From positions 64,046,001-64,110,000 of the forward strand of contig NC_134470.1 in NCBI RefSeq assembly GCF_964194025.1: a stretch of 64,000 nt of DNA. The letters run 5' to 3'. The translations under genes were made by a program, and so were the position numbers. The stretch's first letter is position 1. Every line of letters begins with the position of its first letter. The stretch is from Convolutriloba macropyga (Eukaryota). A model generated the notes under the pieces. It was not told where the DNA came from. It made no database searches and was given only the letters and a program-made list of their open reading frames with translations. Positions 1 through 13,332 of the stretch are shown piece by piece.

Positions 1-2760
1 ATCATTTTTCGATAGAAATAATTTTTTTACGTAATGAAAGGCAAAAACGCAAAAGTCCCAAAATATTTTGTAGGGCAATTGGCGGCTCCATTTAATTCTA
101 GCCTGCTAAGGAGGGGGGACTTCGGTGCGCTTATGATTAGTGATTAGACATTTAATAGTAGCCTGCCGTCAATTAAGTCGGCGGCGTAAATTCTAACCGC
201 AAGCAACTTAGTTCACGCAAAAATCAACAACTCCAGCGTAAAAATGTTGCCCAAAATTCAAATCAGCCAAGCGAGAGAAAGAATGTCCTAAAAAGTGGTT
301 ACGCAAAAATTGGATCTATTCTGTTTCGGCCCCCCACCTCAGTGAGCTTGTATTTTTACGACCACCAGGCGCAAGTGCTATTTTTCAAAACAGTAACATG
401 CCATATAACATATAGGGCACGTATAACGTGACACATATAACTTGTAATGGGGGGTGTAAAAAACACTAAGGGGGGTGCAAAATAGAATAGCTCCCAAAAA
501 ACGCATAAAAAAGAGACTCGTCTGAAATAATTGCTTCAAATTGCGTTGGAGAGCATTAAATAATTGCCACATTAAACTTCCAAATAAAAACACCAATACC
601 CGTGACAAATTTTCACCCCAAAAAGATTGACTTTTAGGGGGTAATGGGGGAAATTTTAGCCAAATCCACTTAAAACTCTTACATTATTTTAGGGGTACTG
701 AGAGTAATTTTGGGGCGTAAAATGGTAAAATTGTAGAGGGGTAGTTAAATGACGCAAGAGTAGGGAGTAAGGGGCTAATGGGGAAGGAGGGTAAAACAAA
801 GCAAGAGTAGAGGGTAATTGGGGTCAAAACGATGCAAGATTAGGGGGTGTTGGGCTGTAATGCGATGCAGGAGTAGGGGGATAAAGGGTAAAACGATGCA
901 AGAGTAGAGGGTAACTCATTGCAAGAGTGATGGCGTAATAGGGGGTAAAACAATTCAAGGTAAGATCATTTTTGGTCAGTTTTAGATATTTTGTGACTTT
1001 TATAGTAAACTTTCTTGAAATTATGTTTTCAAGATGGTAAGTCACGATATTGCTATTTTGAAGGTCTCGTTGCGGCCACGAATCAGGAGGTTTTTTTTCA
1101 ATTAAAGATCTCGTTGCAGTTTCTTTGATTCATTTGATTAAATGAGAAGTTAAATTTATTTTTTTTAATTGTACTGATTTTTGGCATTTTCTACATATAT
1201 CCATAACTTTGTAAACTTTGCTGAAAATGTTATAGTTGTGCACCATAATGGCATTGCTTTCAATTTAAAGATAAAGGGAGATTGCAGAAGTGGTCAACTT
1301 ATTTGACTGCTCCGTCTAACAAATTGCTAGAATTTCTCTAAAAAATTCCTTTTTGCAAAAACCTTTTATCAAAAGTATTTGGTATGAACTAGAATAAAAT
1401 AAGCCGATTTGTGTAAAGTCATACAGATTTATTAATCATTTTTCGATAGAAATAATTTTTTTACGTAATGAAAGGCAAAAACGCGAAAGTCCCAAAATAT
1501 TTTGTAGGGCAATTGGCGGCTCCATTTAATTCTAGCCTGCTAACGAGGGGGGACTTCGGTGCGCTTATGATTAGTGATTAGACATTTACTAGAAACCTGT
1601 CGACAATTAAGTCGGCGGTGTAAATTCTAACCACAAGCAACTTAGTTCACGCAAAGATCTACAACTCCAGCATTAAAATGTCGCCCAAAACTCAAATCAG
1701 CCAAGCGAGAGATAGAATGTCCTAAAAAAGTTGTTAAGCAAAATTGATGAATAAAAAGGGAGCCGACTGAAATAATTGCTTCAAATTGCGTTGCAGAGCA
1801 ATAATTAATTTCCACATTAAAGATACCAAGGCCCGTGCCAAACTTTCACCCCCAAAAAAAGTAAGGTTAGAGGGGGGTAATCGGGGGAACTTTTCGACAA
1901 TTCCCCTTAAAACCCTTGCATCATTTTGGAGGCAATGGGAGTAACTCAGTGCAAGAGTGGTGGGATTAATGAGCGACAATTTTGGGGGGTAAATTGTAGT
2001 AAGAGTAGGGAGTAATTTGGTGGGAGGGGGGTGGGTGTAAAGTGACGCAGATGTAGGGGTTAGGGGGTTAAAAGAACAAAAGAGTAAGGGGTTATGGGGG
2101 TTAAAACGAGGCAAGAGTAAGGGGTATTGGGCGGTAAAACGATGCAAGATCAGGGGGTAATGGGGGGAGTAAAACAATTCAAGAATAGGGTGACAAGGAG
2201 TGTGAAACGATGTAAGAGTAGGGGTAAATCAATGCAAGAGTGATGGTGTAATGGCGGGTAAAACAATGAAAAAGTAGGGGGCGTTTTTGGGCAAGTTTTA
2301 GAAATTTTGTCAATATTCCGGAAATAACGGTTTTCAATACGGGAAGCCTCAACGTGGCTATCTTGATGGTCTCCTTGCGGCTTTTTACAAACAAGAGGAT
2401 TTTTGTAGTCACTTGAAGATCTCTTCAATTTCTTTGATTCATTTGAGTAAATGAGAACACGATGATTTTTTTTAAATGTGCTGATTTTTGGCTTTTTCTT
2501 CATTTATCCATAATTTCGTAGAGTGTTGTTGAAAATGCTAAAAATGTGTACCATATTGCTGTTGCTTTCAATTTAAACAAAAAGGGAGATTGCTAACGTG
2601 ATCTAATGTTTCTGCTAAAATACGCATAGCTAAAATTTCTCAAAAACATTCTCATTATCCAAAAATTAGATCAAAATTTTTTTGGTGTAAACTAAAATAA
2701 TAAAAGCCCGGTTTTGTAAATCCAGACAGACTTATTCACCAATTTTTGATAAATAAATTT
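1..2760. repeat. Tandem duplication of a ~1.43-kb unit with G-rich internal arrays
   Basis: ATCATTTTTCGATAGAAATAATTTTTTTACGTAATGAAAGGC at position 1 recurs at 1435 and similarity continues through both units; internal degenerate repeats of AAAACGATGCAAGAGTAGGGG at ~700-960 and ~1950-2290. Confidence 0.85.
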
Positions 2761-4451
2761 TTTAAATTGAAATTTGTTGTACCGTTGTTCGCTGCGATTA
2801 TTGTTTCAATGTGGAGCAAAAGCTATTTTACGAAATCACCCATATTTCTTTATAAATTGGCCTGAAAATGTCAGTTTTTCGAAAATGTTCATTTTGACAA
2901 TAGAATTTCCTGTCATTTTCTACCAAGCTCGTGTGTGCCTTGTCAAATAAATTTTGATTTTTAATGAACCAGCAGAAGCTCAAAAAATATTCAATTTTGC
3001 TGTCTTTCTTCCAACTTGTATTGAAAACAATTATTGGGAGTTTTTTGTGATTTTAGTTTTCTATTCGTGCAGAACTCAATTAAAAAATTTTATTTCGATT
3101 ATATTACAATATTTTCCGTTGTTTTTAAGATTAACCAAAAATACCCAAAACAAATTCAAAAAACGTTTGACAATTGTTTTAATTCTGTCAGTGTATTTAG
3201 CGTTTAATGTTTCTGGAAGATTAAAATGCAACGACAACGCTTAAAAAAATCTGTTTGACAGACCGAAAAACAATTGAAATTTCAAATTACGTGAATCCGT
3301 TTTTCCAGACTGGAAGCATGATTGTTTCCAATTAAAATTATAAATTGAGTCTCGATTGATTGCATTTTTTTAAACGTTTTTCTGATTATCGTCATTGCAA
3401 CTTCTTCAAAAAGCACAGAACAGTAAGTTTTTGCAACACTAAAATTTTTTATTGGAATTAAGTGTTGTGTTTGCTATTGTAGGCGCATTTCTCATGTTTA
3501 TCATCGAGAACATTCCGAAGTTGCAAATTGTAAAGCTAAAGTAAGATATCTTTAATTATTCGCTGATAAACAACTTACAAAAGCTGTCTGCAAATTGTAA
3601 AGCTAAAGTAAGATATCTTTAATGTTTTGCTTGTAAACAACAAAATGTAACAAAAACTGTCCAAAGTTTGTAGCGCGTAACCAATTTTTCCACCATTAGC
3701 TGTTTCTACAATATTTGAGCAACAAGAAAATTGAACAAAGTGTGACATATTTTTTTGAGCCCAATTGAAAAATTTTAAAAATCCAAAAAAATGGAGCAAT
3801 ATTATTGTTTCTTTCAAAATCGTAGCTCAAGTTAAGGTCAATTACAATCGTTTTATGAATCATTAATTTTGGTCACTGAAATCTTTTTGTCATTTCCCTT
3901 TAAGAAAAGTTTAGAACGGTTCACGAGTTTTTTATTTAGTTTTATGAATGCTATCTGTTCATACTACTTTTCATTTCTCAGCCTAATTGATTGCTCAGAA
4001 TATGGACTGACTAAGTTTTAATAGTATAGTTGGTGCGACGTGACAACCAAACAATTTTTAAAGGTTAGATAGACAAATTTGTTGAAGAGCAAATGTTTAG
4101 TGTTTATCACAAAAATGAAAAGATGGGGCCCAAAAACCTCTACGATGAAAGTTTTCAATATGCTGCAAAATACTGCATTGAGTGACTTCTCACAACGTTT
4201 GAACAATTTTTTGGATAATGAAATTTGTAATCAGGAGGCTAGTCTTTAACATCCAATATTTTTTGAGAAATCGTTCAACGTTTTTTAAAAAAACTAAATC
4301 TCACAAATTTACGTCAAATGAAAAGCAGGTCAAGCGCCAAATTTCATACCTTGAGTACTATTTTGTCGGGAAGGTTTGTGGACAAGAGGGGTCACAGCAT
4401 TATGTGCGAACGCACATTACCCAGCCTCCTGGTTTCCTGTAGCCCACTAAC

Positions 4452-4677
4452 CATTAGGTGTAATAAACCTGTGGAAGTCAAAAATGGCGCAATTTATGAA
4501 GTTCTCTCTGACGAAGCCAGTCCTCTCTATTTCGTACCAGGAACCCAATAAGTCTTCCAACTGTACATTAAGCACGGGAAATTTAAAAGTGTCTGGGCAT
4601 GTGGTAATATGGTCGTCGATATCAGAAAGTAAAACCAGATCGAACACCAGCAAACAACAGACGAGGACTAAGTACAT
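4452..4677 (-). CDS. Lipocalin (apolipoprotein D-like), first coding exon; further exons not identified
   Basis: Signal-peptide-like MYLVLVCCLLVFDLVLLS, then CP...V...D-LLGSWYEIER (lipocalin GxWY motif) and a downstream Cys; frame ends at a G|GTTAGT donor at 4452/4451. Confidence 0.65.
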
Positions 4678-5136
4678 TCTGTCCATAAGGTTCATAAATA
4701 CCATCAAGCAAGAACCAATGGTTTGATACAAATAAACATTTCATGCAGAAAGTGTTGTTTGCTGTAAGTGTTTGTTTACGTTGATGTACCAATCGCCTGA
4801 TAATGAGCTCTGTTATGATGAAACGATTAACTCCAAAGGGCAGATAATTGAATTTGTTTTCAGACGACTCACAGTTAAACATGAACAATATCCTCGTGGT
4901 TATTTCAGTTCAGAAACACTATTCAGCAAGCTCTTGTATTAGGAAAAACTGATACATAAAACATAAATTTGGAAAAATACGAAAATCAGACAAAATTGAA
5001 GTTTCAACACAGTTAATCAAGAATGTTTTTCATTTCCCGAAACAGACTTCTTTCTCATTTCATAAATCCGATCATCAAACAATGCAAAATGCAGTCGGAC
5101 AGATTGCAAAAGGAAAGGCAAATGCCTTCACTCTGT

Positions 5137-8100
5137 TCATTTGGCTGCCTGCGCAGCTTCCTTCCTGCACGCATCCTGCAACAACTGGGTGTCCACTTCG
5201 TCGGCAGGCAGTTGCACGTACCTCACAACAGATCCTCTGATGAAACAGTTCTTCACACTCAACATGTGTGGGTGTCTGCATTAAATCACATCACACACAA
5301 CAAACATATCCCAATTGTTACTCTTTTCATTGCCACGTTTTACTCGGAAATGTGTAGCAATTTGTACAAATGTTTAATGTCCTCAACCATTTCCTCCACT
5401 TTTGAAGTACGAGTGGTTAAGGGGTTAAAAAGCGGCCGAAAGGAGCTGCAATGATTGAACACTTCAGTAACCTTCTTTCCAGGTGAAAACCAACTATATA
5501 GAAGTAGGCCACAATGAGAGAAATTATTCCCAAAAAATTGAAGCATTAAATGTTAATTTTTTGATTATTTTTCTTCCATAAAAAGACTTTCGTTAATTGT
5601 CTGCTGAGGGAGAGAGTAATTTTGTTGGCTAGCTGTGAAACACTTTAATTTCCCAGTATTGCGCAGTCATATCAAATTTTTCACTTGAAGTGTACAGAAA
5701 TCAGCAATTCATATCACAGTTCAAAATTAGCGCACAAACATCTCTAATGTTTGAGAAAAATCTGATTATATTCCCGGGCTGACCACCCAGATTATTTCAG
5801 TACGAAACCTGCCTATTTCAATATTAACTTCTAAAACCAGGACTGAAAGAGCTTAATTACATCATAAAAGTTGGTCATTATGTCCAAACAACAAACAGAA
5901 CAAATATTCAGACTGTTCAGATTAATTCCCTAGTAAAAACAGTACAATAAATAATCAAAAATTATGAAACTACCTGAGCATGTTAGAAAAGCATGCAATT
6001 TGTAAAGACACGATACAGGTTAACATAGCCGGCAGGTTGCCGGAAAATAACCGCGATAGACGCGTGTGGCCTTCCATGAATTGAAACAACTAAAGAAATA
6101 ATAAGATAGACAGATCGACCACTAGTCCTTTAATAGAGCGCTAGACTTTTTGGTTATATTCGGACTGTCAATTTTATGACAGAACGGTCTATAAGGAAAA
6201 AACCTTAAGAGGTTTTTCAAAATTGATATTCGAAATCAAAAACTCAAAGACTAATAATCAAGAATTGGGGCATATAAGTTTGGCACTACTTAGATGCACA
6301 CTACTAACTATTAAATGTTCATAAAATTTAAAGTTCCATGAGTGAGTTCAGAAGTCACTTTTTAGTGAGGTAAGTCACGCAAATGACCTAAAATTGACCC
6401 AGAAATCACGTCAGGTACACAAACTTTAACTGCAAAGCAGTAGAGGTCACTGAAGTCATTGAAAAAGTCAATTCCAAGAAGTCAGGTTGTAAGAATCATC
6501 GATGGAGCGGACGAATTGAAAAAACAACAACGATGTCCCCAATATTAGCCGCTATCGCTTCGCGGCTATTAAAAACAGTTACATACATTCTGCATACTGA
6601 TAAGCTGCAAAAAGAGTGGGCTCCGGCTGGGTTTAAGGTGCGTTAGGGTTTCGTTTCGGGTGCAAACTGCAGCAGAGGTGTGCTGTAGTATCGTGTGGGT
6701 ATGTGTGATATAGTATGGTGTGGGTATGCCTGTGGTGTGATAAAGCATGATGTGAAAACGCACGTGGTATGATAAAGTATAGTGTGCCTGACAATTGATG
6801 CACAATCAGCACTGGAACATGATGAAAACAGTATTTTGGGCTGACAATCTGCGCTAAAAACAGGTTTAAAACAATGTTTTTAGGATGACAAGATTTATAC
6901 AATAATTTTGATTCTGCTGATAATTTCATGATGATAGTTAAGGACAGATCAAAATCAGGATGAGAACATAAGTACAATTTTATTTTTTAAAAAATACTGC
7001 TCAGTGTATATTTTGCTATGAACAGATTATGTACAAGAGTAGAAATGTTTATAAACAGTTTCTGAATTTACAATGGTTCAGTACTGAAATGCTCTGGGTG
7101 CTCAGCCCAGGTTACTCTCACTCGACCATTGGAACAGCAGAGAGCTTGAAGGTCTAGATTAAGATTTGACTAGGCTCAAATTTTCCATACTGAATTATAA
7201 AGAACTTTGCGTTATCGAAAGTTAAAAACTATTGGAGTTTTTGATTCAAGGGAAGAAATATGCTGGACAACTATTATGTTTCTGATGTATTGCCTTTACA
7301 TTTACCAGTTCTGAGCAGTTAATACTTCGTTTTGATTTCGCTATAATATTCCAAACACCCTCCAAACATTTCTCCACAAGGAATCTCTCGAAGCTTAATT
7401 TTTATCATTTTAATAAACAACATGCAGGAAAAGTAAAGATGACTTAACATTAAAATTTTAAGCAATTATCATTTTTTGTAACTAATCACGGAAACATTTA
7501 ATTGCTTGTATCACAACAACGAATTTCAGATCGTGGCCTGTTTTATATATTCCATTTCGGCTTTCGTATTTTTCCATCTTTGCAAACTATAGCAAACTAA
7601 GATTTCAATAACCCCTTGGCTTGTGAAAAGTCTACACAATATGGCATGAAAAACTACGTACACCTTGATTTATGTTCTTTCAGCATGATTTGTGATAACT
7701 TTTACAAAAAACGAGAAAGTTTTTTGTCTTAAATATTTTTTCGTTCACAATGGCACAGCCAAAACCGAAAAAAATGATGGTTAAACTACTTCATTCTTTT
7801 ACTGTCTGTCGATTTTCTAGGCTACGAAATGTTTATTTTTCATGAAGCAAACTAATAAAACCACTCAAAAACAAGACCAAGTTCACAGCATGCAGAAACA
7901 CTTCAGTTAAAAATGATGTTCAGGGCCAAAAAATAGAGCGGAAGAACCCCAAAATAGGCGAACAAATCCGAATAGTAAACGATGTTCTGCAAGAACTTAA
8001 AAATATCACTAACACATCACGTGGCAGCAATTTTTTTAGTTCACATGATTTGCTGGGAACAAATTAGTTCAGGCAATCCAATGGACGCAAACCGCTTCTT

Positions 8101-8580
8101 ATATGATGAAACAACTAACGCGTAAAATTTTGTGAAAAATGAATATTGAAGACCAATTCAAGATGATAATGCGGCTCTGCATAAATCGAAGACCGTCCGC
8201 AATTTCATCCGACAAACGATGGGGGAGGTTCTATAATGGGGGTCAAGCAAGCTGATAGGCAAGCAAGTAGAAATTTGGAAAATGAGTCAAGACAAAAAAT
8301 TTTTGAAAATTGTTGTATTATAAGTTAACCTTGGCCCAGAATAGTAAGAACTGCGTTATATCTAATTTAATTCAGCGTATAACTATTTATAAAACGTCAT
8401 AAATAGATATGTTAGTTGTGTGTGCTGTTGCCTGTCTGGATCTGTGACAGTGATGTCTGACAACTTGATGTTGAGGAACTGGTCAACTGAGTGGAGAGTT
8501 CCACAGATACTCAGGTCATTCTTCAGTTCCACCACAACTGTCTTCCCAACTAATGACTTGAAAAAGGAGAAAAAGAGCAT
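5137..8580 (-). CDS. LSM2: U6 snRNA-associated Sm-like protein LSm2, 95 aa; exons 8580-8432 and 5275-5137
   Basis: Exon 1 MLFFSFFKSLVGKTVVVELKNDLSICGTLHSVDQFLNIKLSDITVTDPD + split codon AG|A (R) + exon 2 HPHMLSVKNCFIRGSVVRYVQLPADEVDTQLLQDACRKEAAQAAK*; near identical to known LSm2 with no gap at the junction. Confidence 0.97.
6021..6572 (+). mobile_element. Non-autonomous Helentron-type (HINE/DINE-1-like) element in the LSM2 intron
   Basis: 5' end AACATAGCCGGCAGGTTGCCGGAAAATAACCGCGATAG (small hairpin plus subterminal repeat) and 3' hairpin TAGCCGCTATCGCTTCGCGGCTA followed by TTAAAA; the same ends occur at 33701 and 35718. Confidence 0.6.
7750..8240 (+). mobile_element. Degenerate Tc1/mariner transposase fragment in the LSM2 intron
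   Basis: Reads QDDNAALHKSKTVRNFI at ~8158-8210 (Tc1 QDNAxxH second-Asp motif) and SGRTPK at ~7936-7953 (GRPR-like); stops and frameshifts present. Confidence 0.6.
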
Positions 8581-10302
8581 CGCAAACAATAAAACACCCT
8601 CTTCCTGTCTGATGTCTTCACAATCACATCAATCTGAAAGCATTTAACATTCTTCATAACAAAGGCAAACAGGTAATTCTGAGAAAATAAAATCTGCATT
8701 TCAATAATTTTTTTAAATTATCTTTGTTAAACTAAAAACTGAAATAAATATGAGACATTCTCTAATAACTATTTTTGGCGAACGGGTTGCGAGATTTTAC
8801 TCACTACCTTGAATATTTTGCATCACAGATTTAAATTTATACTATACTCAAAAATAGTCTCTTTAGAAAAAATGCTCTCGGCTGACTAAAAGTTATACTA
8901 CTCTTATATTTATGACAAAATGTAATCAAAAGTGCTAAATTTGCAATACTTTTTCGTTGTTAAACTCTACCAGATCAATTGCAACTAGTATAAGCTAGTA
9001 CAACCCGCAGAAGAATAAGAATTTGAATTAAAAGACATCGTTCCCTCAACATAATCAAATTCTCAATTCCATACGTGATATAACAATTTTGTTGTCGAAT
9101 CCTCAATTCTAACTTACCTATTTACTCGAGCAGCACTTTTTTAAAAACGAACATATTTAAGATGTCCGTTGCTAATTAATAATAATTTTGGTTCTTGCGT
9201 AATCGCAGCGGAACAGCATTAGGCTACTGTGGCCTGTTCTCTGCTGCCCTTTTTCTTATTATTCCCCACATTTCAGACTGTTCTTTTTATGAGCAGAATT
9301 GCTCTTTTTTGGTGACTATGGCCACTTTTTTTCTGAAACTTTCACGTGGTACCATCATTGCAGCCCACATTGGTCAGGCTATGGTCAACCTAAAGCTATG
9401 GTTAAGTAAGAGCTCATCCTTACACGGATTATGAAGTACCGTTCCAGTTCAATTGTAAATAGGCAATAACAAGCTTTCGTCTATTTTCTCTACCCTTTCA
9501 TCTGAGTAATGAAAACAATTCTATGCACATTTATTGTCGACAGAAACCGGAAGATTTACAAAATTATACAAGTACAGAGTTCTATGCACTAAAGCAAATG
9601 TGATATAGAACAAATAATCACTCTCAGAGACAAGAATTTAAAGGTCATTTTGATTTAGATTAAAAAATCAATAATCACCGTAGAGCAGAGACAGTTATTT
9701 AATAAAACAGTATGTTTTTTTCCTTTCACAACCGCGAGTCACCTGCTAATGAGGTTTATATTAGAGATTAACTGAAGACAAAAGAGAGTCTACACTGTAA
9801 GGCCAGGAGCTTCCTCTATCTCCTTTTCATCTTTTAACTAAACAGAGGGATGTGCACGTATACATTACATACGGTAGATTTCAATTGCCCATAATTATGC
9901 CAATCCGAAACCATGAAAATTTATAAGTGCAGCAGGATGGACAATTTTCATCGTGATCGAAAACGCCAAAAAGACGCAATCAATCCCTGAGCGAAATAAC
10001 GAATTTTTAAAACGTCACAGGCCACGCAGAGTTCGATTGTGCAGGTTAATTATCAAACTACAATTTGACACTTATCAACGCCACCCTATCACGTCGAAAC
10101 AACAGTCCAATTGTTGAATGGTGATGACTTTGAGTTTTATAACTTAGTTGAATTAGCAAAGTAACCATGTGGAATAACTTCATATCTGTTTCATAACTTC
10201 ATAAAGCTCTCTCTGATAAAAGAAACAATGTCTTCAATTGTTCCGAATTCAGCTTAGTGGTGTAAAGAGCTATATGCTAAATTGGGTTTTTTCTTCAGTC
10301 AA

Positions 10303-11928
10303 TTTTGTCGTCTTCTGATTTTCGAACTAGGCTAACAGTGAGGGGAAGCTGTCGCCCGGAATATCGATCACCCTTTCTTAGAACAAACCGAAGGTAGAGA
10401 TAAGATAACGTAACCCAAAGAGATAAAGCTGTAATCAAGTAATCTAAAAAAAAGTAGACAGAGAGAGAATAACTGAGGATCAGAGCAGTTGGTTTAGTGG
10501 GACCAAACCTTCGAAACTGAGTTGAAGTTGCAAGACCAGTCAAAGTGCTGTAAAAAACTTGTTTCATTCGAAATTCTTGGAAGAGTCGCGAAAAAATTTA
10601 AATTTGACTCAAATTATTTCCAATTTTTTTTGTTCTTAAGTTGTTAATTGCTTGGGAGTGTTGATTAAGTTACTACTGTGGGACATAATCCTATATTGTT
10701 GCTCTTCAGTCAAGAAACGTGTTTTGGGACAAAGCACTTAAACAGCCTGCAAGAGTGGACGAGGGGAAATTTCAAGAGGAAAACAAGTTAGCGCTTGCTT
10801 AAATTTCTTTATATCTTCGGTTTGTTCTAAGTAAGGGTGATCGATCTTCTGGCCGACAGCTTCCCCTCACTGCTAGCCTAGCTCGAAATTCAGACGACGA
10901 CAGTGGAGCTCCATGGTGGTCATCGCTCCTGGTAATTTTAAGAAAGTTTACCTTTTTTTGGAAGTTGAAAAAAATCGTCCTGAAATGAGTGAGAACGGAG
11001 ACGACCTACCCAAAGATCATCTGATTCTGGACAGAGACGACGAGAACGCGCGTGACGACGCGCCAGACAACGGTCGTGGGGCTTTGGGTTTTGAGTGGGG
11101 AACTTTGAGGCCGGATCGGTATCCCTCGAAAAAGCTCTCGACCTGGATCAACTGGAAGCATCAATTTTTATGGCTAGGAGACACAACTGGTTGGGATGAC
11201 GCCACAGCGATTCGGGCTCTTTCAGGTTTTTTGACATCGTGGGCACTTGACGAATTCACCGCAATGCCGGCTAGGTTTAAGAGACAAGTGGGAAGAAATT
11301 TACCTCCAACTCTAGCGAGGGCTTTTGAGTATCTGGACCCGAGGATGTCGCCTTACAGAGATCAAAGAAGAGCGAGAGCTGAGTCCAAGGCCCTTTTGCA
11401 AGGTGACAAGTAGGAAACGCGCGAACATTCGAGAATATTACGAGGTGGATAGTCTTGGGGGATATTGCTCATACACACATCTGGAAAGTTAGCGCGTTTC
11501 CTCCTTGTCACTTTGCAAAAGGGCCTTGTACTCAGCTCTCGCTCTTCGTTGATCTCTGTAAGGCGATAACCTCGGGTCCATATATGCAAAAGCCCTCGCT
11601 TTGTCCCAAAACACGTTAATTGATCGAAGAGCGCTAATATATGATTCCGTCCCACAGTAGTAATTTATTCAACACTCCCAAGCAATTAACAACTTTAGAT
11701 TTAAAAAAATTGGATAAAATTTGAATCAAATTTAAATTTAAATTTTTTCGCGACTCACTCAAGAATTTCCAATGAAACAAGTTGCTCACAGCACTCTGAC
11801 TGGTCTTGCAACTTCAACTCAAATTCGAAGGTCCCACTAGACCAACTGCCCTCAACCTCAGTATTTCTTTCAGTCTACTTTTTTTAGATTACTTGATTAC
11901 AGCTTTATCTCTTTGGGTTACGTTATCT
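10303..11928. mobile_element. Rearranged LTR-retrotransposon relic with three inverted-repeat pairs
   Basis: 10303-10400 is the reverse complement of ~10812-10902; 10402-10735 of ~11598-11928; 11332-11432 of ~11482-11582. The + strand LTR-like end ...GACGACA is followed by a TGG-initiated PBS-like sequence and a gag-like ORF. Confidence 0.7.
10913..11413 (+). pseudogene. Truncated Gypsy-type gag (capsid N-terminal region)
   Basis: WINWKHQF...GWDDATAIRALSGFLTSWALDEF fits the retrotransposon gag W..W...F....W.D....L...L...A pattern; ORF stops inside an inverted repeat. Confidence 0.6.
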
Positions 11929-13332
11929 AATCTATAATAAATACACTTAAAGCCCTTAGGTAAACGCTGTATCTTGAGTGATTGACACATCCCAAGGAAA
12001 GCCCCTTACTACTAAACAAACATATCAACGTCAAATTTCGAGATCGGTATCGCTCTCTTTGAGTAGGCCAAATTGACGCTAAGCTAATTTTGCCACTATT
12101 GTTCCTTAAGGGCCATGGTTCCAGATGTATAAGTATTTCGCTAATTAATGCCCTCTGAAGCTAAAAACAATGGCTCGGGGTTCGTTCCCACCAATCCCTG
12201 CAATTCGTTGTGCAAAAACAATCACAAACCATAATTGCCCAAAAACCTAAAAATTTGACCTCTAAGGGTCAATCAGGGTCAATCATTTGTCACTAAGTCC
12301 TTGATTATCATATTTTTACCACATCAAACACATTTGGGGACTAGAAATTCATATTTTTTGTTGTTCGGCTTCCGGGTTGTCCTGCAGAACTGGCACGCCG
12401 TTGAAATCTAGCGTAAAAATATCACCATTCGAAAGCCCTTAAAAAGTTACACTAACCCTCCAAAAACTATAGGACTACTACCAATACTCCTCTAGTAATT
12501 CAAATTTTACGCTCCGCAGCACGGGCGTGCGCTAATTTTGAGCAAGGTTGGTGTGGGGTCAAATCTTACATTAAAATCGGATTCCTTGTACCCAAATTAG
12601 TCAATTCCCCAAATTTCAGGTCAATCCGATTTCAACTTTTCGAAAAAATACTACTTCAAGTTATGTGTTAACTACCTTCCCGTGATACTCAATAATCGTC
12701 ATTTTCCAACCTAAAGTCTTCCCAAGATCATGCAAAACCTTAATTCATACGAGCATGAAATTACGACTGATTAATAATCCCATTATTTCAAATCGCGCTA
12801 CTTCTGGTGTTAATAACTGGAGGGTGGGTTGTATGATTGGGCTGTAAATTATACCCGCAATGGAGGACCATTTAGGGTTCCTCCCAGCATTGATAATTCC
12901 TTGCCGTCTTGGGGGGGGGTCGGACAAGTTCTGTCTCAGGGTATATCGAAAAACTGAAATTGCCATTATATTTACTCTAAATCAAAAAAATTCTACTTAA
13001 CTAACTAATTATCTCTTATTTTAAGCACATTATTAAGCCATATACATTCTCAGTTGAAAAGGATAATCACATCTACTTTGAAATCGTTCATTATTTTGAA
13101 TCTGGCCTTCATCCGAGAAATTGTACGCGGATTTACAAGAAAACTTGCAGTCGAAGTAAAAATTATTATCTTTCGAAAGCGGTTTTATTGCAAGTTGGTT
13201 CAGGGCTCACGGTTCTAAACCTAGGTAACGCCAGGACTAAGCTTAAAGAATTGTACCGAAAAAAAATCATCCCTCCAGAGAAATACTGAACCTATGGCAC
13301 AACAAAACATTTAGTGTTAGACACCTACGGGT

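Noticed and set aside
378-2503. Pro/Leu/His-rich minus-strand ORFs
   Set aside because: Translations of the G-rich repeat, not conserved in frame between the two units.
8630-9120. Trans-splice acceptor upstream of LSM2
   Set aside because: A consensus donor AG|GTAAGT at 9117 offers an ordinary cis-spliced 5' UTR intron.
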